Shown here in pieces: positions 38,961 through 49,403 of a stretch of DNA of 64,000 nt. This DNA is from Chiloscyllium plagiosum. Lineage: Eukaryota. The notes beneath the pieces were generated by a model. The model did no database searches and was not told the origin of the DNA. It was given only the letters and a program-made list of their open reading frames with translations. A program made the position numbers and the translations under genes. The stretch is taken from NCBI RefSeq assembly GCF_004010195.1, contig NC_057759.1, forward strand, positions 2,337,199 to 2,401,198, read 5' to 3'. Position 1 is the stretch's first letter; each line of letters begins with the position of its first letter.

Positions 38961-41900
38961 TATATAAGTCAGTGTCTTCTCAACCCGAGATCCTACTTTT
39001 GTAGGGCCTCCCACCCAACCACCTCCTGTAACCTTAAAGACCGGGAACACGTCAGGCAAGCAACTCGTTTTTACTTTGTGACCAAGGGACGAGCAAGGAT
39101 GGCAGTGCAGGAAGAGCAATGTTCCTCCTGCATGATGTTTGAGGTCAGGGACGCCGATAGTGTCCCATCCAAGAACATCTGCAGGAAGTACACCCAACTC
39201 TCGCCTCCTCCTAGACCGTGTTAGGGAACTGGAGCGTGAGCTGGATGAACTTCGGATCATTCGGGAGGCAGAGACAGTAATAGAGGGGGTTACAAAGAGG
39301 TAGTTACTTCGAGGCATGAAGAACGCTGGGTGACTGTTCAAAAGGGGAAAAAGCAGTCAGTGCAGGGATCCCCTGTGGTCGTTACCCTGAAAAACATGTA
39401 TACCGTTTTGGATACTGTTGAGGGGGCGACTTACTAGGGACAAGCAGTGGGGACGGGTCTCTGGCACAGAACCTGTCTGTGTTGCACAGAAGGGAAGGAG
39501 GGAAAAGAGGAGAATGTTAGTCATTGGGGACTCTATACTTAGAGGCTCAGATCGAAGGTTTGTAGGGAACGACCGAGACTTGCGGTTGGTGTGTTGCCTC
39601 CCGGGTGCCAGGGTCTGTGATGTCTCGGATTGTATCTTTGGGGTCCTGAGGGGAGAGGGAGCCCAGCCTCAAGTCTTTGTCCATATAGATACCAATGAAA
39701 TAGGTAGAAAGAGGAATAGGTATGTAAGGCAGGATTTCAGGGAGCTAGGGAGGAAGCTGAGAGCTAGAACAAACAGAGTTGTTATCTCTGGACTTTTGCC
39801 CATGCCACGTGATAAGGAGGCAAGGAATAGGGAGAGATATCAGATAAACGCGTCGCTGCAAGGATGGTGCAGGAGGGAGGGTTTTAGGTTTTTGATAATT
39901 GGGGCTCGTTCTCGGGAAGGTGGGACTTGTACAAACTGGACGCTCTTCACTTGAACCAGAGGGGTACTAATATCCTGGGTGGGAAATTTGCTGGTGCTAT
40001 TCGGATGGGTTTAAACTAGCTCAGCAGGGGAATGGGAACCGCAGGTGTAACTGCAGTGCACAGGAGGATGAGAGTAAGAAGGACAGGGACAGGATTGCAG
40101 GGTCACAGGAATGTGCTGGCAGACTGCAAAGTGGTTTGAAGTGTGTCTACTTCAACACCAGAAGTATCCGAAATAAGGTAGGTGATCTTGCAGCATGGAT
40201 AGGTACTTGGGACTTCGATGTTGTGGCCATTTCGGAGACATGGATAGAGAAGGGTGAGGAATGGATGTTGCAGGTTCCAGTTTTTAGATCTTTCATTAAA
40301 AACAGGCAAAGTGGTAAAAGAGGGGGAGGCGTGGCCTTGTTAGTCAAAGATAGTATAACTGAGGTAGTGTGGGCTGAGGTTATAAACAAGAAAGGAAAGG
40401 TCATATTTCTTGGAGTTTTTCATAGGCCTCCGCAGCGTTCCAGGGAGGTGGAAGTGAGGATTAGCAACATTATTCTGCGTAAGAGTGAAAGGAACAGGGT
40501 GGTCATTATGGGGGATTTTAACTTTCCTTACATTAATTGAAACTGTTATAGCTCTAGTACGTCAGTTGGATCAGTTTTTCTCCAATGTATACAGGAGGGT
40601 TTCTTGACACAGTATGTCGAAGGGCCGACACGAGGGGAGGCCGCACTGGATCTGGTGCTTGGTAATGAACCAGGCCAGGTGTTCGATTTAGTTGCAGGTG
40701 TGCACTTTGGAGAGAGTGACCATAATTCAGTTACTTTTAGTTTAGCGTTGGAAAGGGATAGGTACATGCCACAGGGTCGGAGTTATCGATGGGGCAAGGG
40801 CAATTATAATGCGATTAGGCAAGAATTAGTATACATAGAATGGGGTAGCAAAATGCAGGGGATGAAGACAATCGAAATGTGGAGCTGGTTTAAAGAACAG
40901 ATAGTGTGTGTCCTTCATAGATATGTCCCTGTCAGGCAGGGAGGAAGTGATAAGGTAAGGGAACTGTGGTTTACTACAGAAATTGCATCTGGGGTTAAGA
41001 AGAAGAAAGAGGCTTATGTGTTAATGAGGCAAGATAGTACAGATGAGGCGATGGAGAGTTCAGATCAGCTAGGAAGGATTTAAAGAGAGAGTTAAGAAGA
41101 GCAAAGAGAGGTCACGAGCAGTCTCCAGCAAATATGATAAAGGAGAACCCTAATGCTTTCTAAAGGTATGTGAGGAATAAAAGGATGATTAGGGTAGGAA
41201 TAGGACCAGTTAAAGACAGAATCGGTGTTCATTCAGGAAAAGGATAATATTGTAGAGGAGAAGAATGAGGTACGAGGTATTAGACTAGAAAGGATGGAGG
41301 TTAGTTACGCACAGGTGTTATCAATTTTAGAAGGAGTGAAAGTAGACAAGTCCCTTGGGCCGGATGGGATTTATCCGAGGATTCTCTGGGAAGCTATGGA
41401 GGAGATAGCAGAGCGTTTGGCTTTGATATTTGAGTCGTCATAATCTACATGTTTATTACCTGAGGACTGGAGGACTGAAGGGCAGCAGAGATGACCCAGT
41501 TAATTATGAACCAGTGAGCCTTACTTCTATTCTAGGAAAGGTTTCGGAAAGGATAATGAGAGATAAGATTTATAATCATCTAGCAAGCAACAATTTGATT
41601 TCAGATATTCAACATGGTTTCGTCAAGGGCAGGTCGTGTCTCACAAACGTCATTGAGTTTTTGAAGAAGGTAACCCAGCATGTAGATGAGGGTAGGGCAG
41701 TTGATGTGGTATACTTGTACTTCAGTAAAGCCTTTGATAAGGTTCCACATGATAGGCGAATGGAGAAAACGCAGATGCATGGAATTGAGGGTGATTTAGC
41801 AGTTTGGATTAGAAACTGGAATTCTGGAAGAAGGCAGCGAGTGGTGGTTGATGGAAAATATTCAATCTGGAGTCCAGTTACTAGTGGTGTGTAACAAGGA

Positions 41901-42850
41901 TCTGTTTTGGAACCACTGCTGTTTGTCATTTTTATAAGTGACTTAGACGCAGGCACAGGTAGATGGATTAGTAAATTTGCCGATGACACTAAAGTCGGTG
42001 AAGTAGTGGACAGTTTGGAAGAATATTATAGATTGCAGGGGGACTTGGACAAATTGCAGAATTGGGCTAACAGGTGGCAAATTGAGTTCAATCCAACTAA
42101 ATGTGAGGTGATGCACTTGGGAAGAATAACAGGATGACAGAGTACTTCGTCAATGGAAAGATTCATGGTAGTGTGGATGTGCAGAGGGATATTGGAGTCC
42201 ATGGACATAGATCACTGAAAGTTGCCACCCAGGTTGATAGTGCTGTTTAGAAGGCATACGTTGTGTTAGGTTTCATTGGTAGAGGGATTGAGTTCTGGAA
42301 CCGCAATATCATGCTGAAACTATACAAAATGTTGGTGTGGCCACACTTGTACAGTTCTGCTCGCTCCATTACAGAAAGGATGTGGAAGCATTGGAAAAGG
42401 TGCAGAGGAGATTTACCAGTCGCCTGGTCTGGAGGGAAGGTCTTATGAGGAAAGGCTGAGAGATTTGGATATGTTCTCATTGGATAGAAGAAACCTAAGG
42501 GGGGATTTGATAGAGACATACAAGATGATCAGAGGATTAGATAGAGTAGACAGAGAAAGACTTTTTTCTAGGATGATGACGTCAGCTTGTACGAGAGGGC
42601 AAATTGAGGGGTGATGGATTTAAGACAGATGTTAGAGGTAAGTTCTTTACGCAGAGAGTGGTAAGGGCGTGGAATGCCCTACTTGCTAGGGTAGTCAACT
42701 CAGTCACATTAGGGAGATTTAAACAATCCATAGATAAGCACATAGATGATCTTGGGATAGTGCGGGGGACGAGCTGAGAACAGTTCACAGATCAGCGCAA
42801 CATCGAGGGCCGAAGGGCCTGTTCTGCGCTGTATTATTCTATGTTCTATG
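38961..42850 (+). mobile_element. Near full-length CR1/HER1-like LINE (ORF1 Zn finger plus SGNH esterase; ORF2 APE endonuclease plus RT), disabled
   Basis: CSSCMMFE...C, LVIGDSILRG, YFNTRSIRNK, AISETW, MGDFNFP, QHGFVKGRSCLTN, FSKAFDKVPH, KFADDTK; 3' tail (TTCTATG)n. The flanks rejoin into the GPCR pseudogene. Confidence 0.95.
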
Positions 42851-43131
42851 TTCTGGCAACAAATTGTCACATTGCGACCAAAAGTAAGCCGCAGTAAATC
42901 AGACAGAACAATCAGTGGCTCCATAACTTAGGACTGCATGAATATTGCACACACAAATCGAATATCGCAGCTAATAAAATTCTTCATGCAAAATGCATGG
43001 AATATGCCTCAGTATCACATCCAGGCTAATAAGCGGAAGTTCTGCCACTGCCGTGGCCACCAGCCATCTAGAAACACATTTGGAGAGACCACATTTTCCC
43101 CATGATAGTATTCTAGTTACTATAACGTTAA
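42851..43131 (-). pseudogene. GPR139-like pseudogene, 5' part of exon 2 (TM1 end to TM3)
   Basis: Translates VNVIVTRILSWGKCGLSKCVSRWLVATAVAEL...VCNIHAVLSYGATDCSV*FTAA/TFGRNVTICCQ, collinear with the intact paralog. Stops at 42973-42971 and 42901-42899, a frameshift in TM3, and the acceptor position reads TG instead of AG. Confidence 0.88.
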
Positions 43132-44300
43132 CAGTGTGCAACGGATATAATCAGGGAAATTAGGCTGCGAGCAAAACTACCATATTGTTCGTACAGACAC
43201 ACACTTACAAATGTACTATTGTATTAAAATAATTGTATCATTTAAAGTATATAACAGTATTGATTTATAGTCATGCCCAGTCATTCATTTAAATCCAGAT
43301 TTCAATAAAATGAATATCGGTGATGAAAACTAGCATATGAACCTGGATATAAATCCCTCTACTTCAGATATTTGGGCTTTTCCGAGATCAGCAGAGTCAT
43401 CCAAATTATGCAATGTACAGTTATCTAAGCAAGACAGATAGAGTTGGGTTTAGGTAGTCCAACGGTGATGTGACATGTGTCATTCAGAAATATGTTCAAT
43501 TATGTTTCTCTTGTAGATGAGTATCGTTACAATGTTGCAAATATTGTCTTCTGCGACAGGAAGTTGGTAAATAGCTTGGGTTCACCCTGGATATTTTGAT
43601 TTTGATTGAGTGGGGCAGATTTACACAACTGAAAAGCATTTTGGTTTTGCATTCAGTTAGATGGTTGCTGGAGATAAAAACTTTGTGTTCTCTGCTCCCA
43701 GAATGAAGAGACAGCACATGAGAATTATAACTATTTCTCTGAATTGCATTTTTGCCAAAGAGTGTGCTCACGGGGGCATGCTGTTAGCATTGGAGTGTTT
43801 GATGAGACGTGGTTAAGGAATGTATTACCTTGTTAAGTTTTCCTATAGAATAATATTATGTCAATTGTTGTTGTAATTACACTTCAACCGAATTGTAAGA
43901 ATAAATTGAGTTTTGATTAAAGCTCAGTGGTGGACAAATCGAATCATATCGGGTAGTCAATACCTTACACTTTCCTTTTGAAAATAAAGAAGCGACTGTC
44001 CAGGCAATCTCCAAGATATACTCTTTTGAATAGGTGGGGTGTCCGGTGTCTGGTCCAATTAGTGATGCAGAGTATAACATGCCTGGAATTTATTTAAACA
44101 TAATCAAGAACGCATCCTGGACTCGAGAGAGGAAGTGCATCAAGACTGCAAAACAGTTAAATGAGGCATTAGAGAAAGTCCAAAACCAGTGACAATGTCT
44201 TGAGAAGCAAAGAGTATGTCAGCTGTAAATTAAGCATAAACAAATCAGATGCACATTCCACAGCTTCCGCCAGAACTGAGTAAGAGATTTGTGAGACTCT

Positions 44301-44536
44301 GAACGGTACCAAACCCAGAAGTGAGAGGAAGAGATTTAGGATATTAGCGTTGAAATAAGGAGCTCTGCATTTTTTTTTTCTTGAAATGGTGTATTTATTC
44401 ATTACTGTCACATTTAACCGAACGGTACCAAACCCAGAAGTGAGAGGAAGAGATTTAGGATATTAGCGTTGAAATAAGGAGCTCTGCATTTTTTTTTTTG
44501 AAATGGTGTATTTATTCATTACTGTCACATTTAACC
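44301..44536 (+). repeat. Tandem duplication, 119 bp + 117 bp
   Basis: 44301-44419 and 44420-44536 differ only in the poly-T tract. Confidence 0.95.
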
Positions 44537-44709
44537 AGACAGAGTGTACCGTGTTGTCTTGCTTGCCAGACAGACAAAACGTACCGTACAAGGTGCATCA
44601 GGGGAACAGAACAGAGTGCAGAGTACAGTGCTACAGCACAGAGACGGTGCAGAAGGAGATTAGAATTAACATTTTCGGAAACTGGGTGAATTGCAGAACA
44701 CACAAATAA

Positions 44710-45730
44710 TTCATGAAAATAAGCAGCGGATAATACCGAAGAGACTATATGAAAAGGGCAGTGAGTGCAATTGACAGAGTGCAGGGCTATCAGTTACAGG
44801 ATAAACAAGCAGTGATGGAAATGTGAGAATCAGTGAGCTAAAGGTCTTATTAAAAGTTAGGGTAAATGTTGAGAAGCAGATCAGGAGATATAAAGCACAG
44901 AGAGTGAGTCTCTGATGAGTGACCAAGAAGAACATTGACAAAACCAGTGAGTGTAGAATCAGATATCAACACGATTATCAACAGTGTATTAACAAAGACA
45001 CTAATAGGAATGTAAGGTAGAGAGAGAACATGTAGAATATGTCGACAAGAGTATCATCAACTGAAAGAGTAAATAATCTGTAGTGAAAATAATACATCAG
45101 TTTAGAAAGTTGCTGCAAAGTCAGACCAAACGAACGTAAACAGACCAAGTGTGCCGAGAGTGAAGAAACACGAGGTAGCCAACAGAGAGATTGAGTGTCG
45201 AGCCAGGGATCAGTATAACTATCAGCAAGTGAGATTGACAGTAAAATGGGGGCCAAAATAGGACAATCAGCAGACATAGAGAGATACAAAAAGAGAGAGC
45301 AATCTTGAACCTCATGAAAGCGTTTGGGGAATCAGTGAGAGATCTGGAGGAACATCATTAGAGATCTTAACTGCAAAATGAGAACCAACAAATAAATTAG
45401 CAGAACAAGTCAGCGCAGAATGTCAGACCAAGAGGAAGATCAGCAGAGAGTGAGTGCAAAATAAGAGACAAAATACATCAGCAGTAAGAATGCGAATAGT
45501 GAGAGACAAAAAAAAATACACTGTACCACCGAAAATTAGTGCACGTTAAGACCAAGAAGAAAATCAACAGAATGTTAGTGTACAGTGAGAAACGAAGAGA
45601 AATATCAGTGAGATTGTCTGTAGAAGGTGAAGTAAATGGACGGTCGGCGGAGACAATAAATGTAGAGTGAGAGATTAAGAGGAAACATTAGCAGAGAGAT
45701 AATGCCGAGAGAGAATTATGCAAAGAGACT
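44710..45730. repeat. Diverged purine-rich tandem array, unit about 40 bp
   Basis: Recurring CAGAGAGTGAGTG...GAGACCAAGAG.AA.ATCAG motif. Confidence 0.55.
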
Positions 45731-45939
45731 GATGATAAACTGGAGAAAAGTAAACCTTATAATGGGGCCAATACGCAGCTGAAAATTGGTTGACTGAGCT
45801 GAATGAAGCCCGTCTCATGACAGGTTTTGAATATAAGGTGGGTAAAGGACATGGAATGTAGTATTAAGGTAATAAAAAATATTGAATTCGATATCGAATC
45901 CTGAAAACTGCACAGTGCCTAAGCGGTAAATAAGATGTT

Positions 45940-46239
45940 GTGGTTCTGTTCGCCGAGCTGGAAGTTTTTGTTGCAAACGTTTCGTCCCCTGGCTAGGCGA
46001 CATCATCAGTGCTTGGGAGCCTCCTGCGAAGCGCTTCTTTGATGTTTCCTCCAGTGTTTATAGTGGTCTGTCCCTGCCGCTTCCGGTTGTCAGTTTCAGC
46101 TGTCCGCTGTAGTGGTTGGTATATTGGGTCCAGGTCGATGTGTTTGTTGATGGAGTTTGTGGATGAATGCCATGCCTCTAGGAATTCCCTGGCTGTTCCC
46201 TGTCTGGCTTGCCCTATGATAGTAGTGTTGTTCGACTGG
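45940..46239 (-). mobile_element. Younger Penelope-like 3' fragment (GIY-YIG C-terminus plus hammerhead motif)
   Basis: TTIIGQARQGTAREFLEAWHSSTNSINKHIDLDPIYQPL followed by CTGATGA...GAAAC. Confidence 0.82.
45972..46012 (-). ncRNA. Minimal type I hammerhead ribozyme-like motif
   Basis: GCA-CUGAUGA-U-GUCGCCUAGCCAGGGGAC-GAAA-CGUU-UGC: conserved core boxes, stem II, palindromic stem III, 3-bp stem I. Confidence 0.65.
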
Positions 46240-47233
46240 GATGCTATTCTTCCAGTTTGCACTGAACCTCGCTGCAGCAGTGTGACATGCTCGAGACAGC
46301 AATGTTGGCCGGGGAGCACACTGATAATTTTGAAGAGGCAGGCATCAGGAAACCGGATGTTGTTTTATGAACAGAACATATATGTTCCACAAAGCAGTCA
46401 CCCAATCTGTGTTCTTCTACCTACTATAGAATGGATCACACTGCGAGCAATGAATACAGTAGTCGATACTGAGTGTTCTTAAATCACTGTTTCACAATAG
46501 TGTGTCTAGAGCCTTGAACAGTGAGAGAGGACAAATCAGATGGGAAACTTGCTCACATCAAAAACAGAAATTGTTGGCAAAAAGCAATAGGTGTGGCATT
46601 GCCTGGGGAGAAAATCAGGGTTAAAAGAAATTTTAATTTTTTTGTGTGAAATGTTGCACACTCTGCATTTGCATTGGAAGGTGATGTACAAATGTAGGGA
46701 GGTATAAGGAGTAAAGTAAGAGTGGACGTGGGTACCCTCGGCAGACCAGGCCCAGTGATATGCTGACAAGAGAGGAAATGAGGAGATGAGTCTGCAGGTG
46801 ACATCCCACTGGATGTGATGCAAATGGTAGCACAGGAGCCATTGGATGTGGATGTTGGAGGGGTGAAAAGCAAGGACTTGCAGAACCTAGCAATGCTTCC
46901 AGAGAGGAGATAACAATATCTAAAGTATATAAAATGGGTCATACATGGGTAAGGATCCTCTCAAACATAGTGGCGCTCAGTCTTTACTTGAGGAAAGATA
47001 TTTCTGAGCTCCACCGCTCCCTTCTCCAACTTTGGAAGGTTACATTTTCAGATTAGATGAGGTGGAGACAGAGAAAGTGGAAGAATTCAACCTAGTCCTT
47101 ACAGGAAGCTGCGTGAGAGGCTGTATTGGTCAAGACGTCTCTGGTAGCTAATGGTTTGTCGTGGATACACGTAGCTAGCCTATCTCCAGCAACTGATAAG
47201 GAGATGTTGATGAAGGTAAGAGAGAAGTCAAAG

Positions 47234-47588
47234 ATAGAATAGAATCATGGAATCCCTACTGTGTGGAAGCAGACCCTTTGGCCCAACAAGTATACACTGA
47301 CCTCCGAAGAGCTACTCACTCAGACCTATTCCCCTACACTGTTATCCTATACTTTTTCCCTTGACTAATGCATCTAACCTACATATCCCTAAGCAAAATG
47401 GGCAATTTAGCATGGCCAATTATCCTAACCTGCACAATTTTGGATTGTGAGAAGAAACTTGAGCATTCGGAGAAATCTCGCGCAGACACAGGGAGAATGT
47501 GAAAACTTGACACATCAATCGCCTGAGGCGAGAATCGAACCCGGGTCTCTGGCGCTATGAGGCAGCAGTGCCACTGAGTCACTGTGCC
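47234..47588 (-). mobile_element. HE1-like SINE
   Basis: Reverse strand has the head GGCACAGTGACTCAGTGG...GACCCGGGTTCGATTC, the HE1 core and a CR1-type tail. Confidence 0.85.
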
Positions 47589-49267
47589 TGATGAAACATG
47601 TGAAGGTGAGAACTGGTTGCGCATTGATGTTATTTTTGAATTCCAAACAAGCGAAGGCAGTAGCGCTAATGATGGTATTTATATACCTGAGAAATAGTTG
47701 ATACCAGAAGTGTTGGCAGAGGAATTAAGAAGGAATGTTCCACATAACCGACAAAGAGGCAGATGTGAGTGGAGCCCATGCTATTATCCATGGTCACACC
47801 TTTGAAGTGAGAAACTGAGAGTTGTTAAAAGAGTGGTTCAAACTTTGATGAGCTTGTCCAGGTGGTGGATAATGGTTTTGGATTGGAACAGCTCAGGCTT
47901 TCCTTCCGGAAAAAAAAAGATCTCCTCAAAATAATCCTCCTGATGTAAGATGGATATGCAGAGGGGGTGAAATTCTATGATAAAGTGGAGGCGGCTGGTA
48001 CATGTGAACTACAATTATTGAAACTGAATTAAAACATTAGAGGAACTGCAAACGTAAGTGGGAGGCGATTGGTTTTAGCAAAGAGAATCATGTCAAACCA
48101 GTCAAAAACAAAACTTAGTGGGGCAGGAAATGGCAGAGCCAATATTTGTGTATTTGGCCAAAAAGATACAAGTGGGCTGTCTGTGGTTGAGTGAATGTGA
48201 CTTTGGAGGCTGTGCAAGGTAGGGATGGGAGCGATCTCTAAATGAAATGAAAATAGTGGCATTCATGGACACAGCAACTGATGTTAGATAGTGCGGCCAT
48301 GTTTTGGGGGAAAATAAAAGAGGTGGCAGAGTGCAGTCACTCTGCTCTAACAATGTAGACATCAGTATATCAGACAACAACCGCACCACCTTTGTTGGAA
48401 GGAATAATTACAATTTCGGAATTGGGTCTAGGAGCTTGGTGTGCAATCAGTTCAGAGGGAGATAGACTAAATGGTGAGGCAAGGTGCATTCAATGGGGGG
48501 TGTTCTCATAGAAAAGTCAGGTCGCGTGCAGTTAAAATTCCAGATGGAGTGAACCAATTGAAATGAAAATATTGGAGTTTGTTTGGGAAGAGCAATCTGT
48601 TCTGAAGTTATGGAATAGAGAAGAAGGTGATGGATGAACAATTCAACATCGTGTCATGCCCGAAATAAATTCCTTGATGGGTTTTGATTTGAGTGATTAG
48701 GAATAAAACTAAGGTACTTACTGAGTACAGAATGTTCAGCATCAGAGAGTTGTTTTAATGTTTTTTTGACATGTGTTCATGGACGCCACGCGTTGGCATT
48801 GAGAGGATCAATTAATTGCTACTCGCATGGGGAGTAAAGAATGGGCATACTGCAGTGACAGTATTGATGGTCTAGCCCCGGTGTAAGCATGAGAGCAGAG
48901 CAGACTGGAAATGACAGTGAGAGAACGTAAGAATATATGAAATTCAAGAGCAGCAATAAAAGAACTTGCCAAGATAGAAATGGCAATGAGCGTGAAGTGA
49001 ACTCGGCCAAAATGCGGACAAAGAAGGCAAGCAATCAACAATGATTCATGTTAGCAGATCAATGGGTGAATTTCTATAATTAGCAGTTACACCAAAAACA
49101 GAAAGAAAAATGAGGCCAAAGCACAATGATTATAATTAATGATATTTAATCAGTGAATATTCAGGAAAAGATAATGTAAACAAACAGTCACGTGACCAAG
49201 AAGGGTACCGCAAATCACAAGTACAGTCATACTGGCTTACAGAATTTATTGTGAGAAACAGACTTAC

Positions 49268-49403
49268 CAGGGACTCCAACACTCCCAAGGAAGGGATAGA
49301 AAATGTAAGCAAAACCCTGATGTGATGCCTGGATTGTTAATGTTGAATTTATACAAACACAGTAAAGATAGTAAAGCCAGGCAGAAATGCAACTACACAT
49401 CAT
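49268..49403 (-). pseudogene. Probable exon 1 of the GPR139-like pseudogene
   Basis: ATG at 49403, 45 codons ending FAYIFYPFLGSVGVP + G, then donor GTAAGT at 49267. Same motif and same phase as exon 1 of the intact gene. Pairing with exon 2 at 43131 is inferred from order and strand. Confidence 0.72.

Larger units (their letters stand above)
45800..49050 (-). mobile_element. Old degraded Penelope-like element with nested younger insertions
   Basis: C-terminal QHLIYRLGTVQFSGFDIEFN about 45875-45940 and RT-like remnants about 47800-48350; boundaries approximate. Confidence 0.6.

Noticed and set aside
43500..43545. NIVTILIYKR reading that resembles a GPCR exon 2 start
   Set aside because: The similarity does not extend and a stop follows within a few codons.
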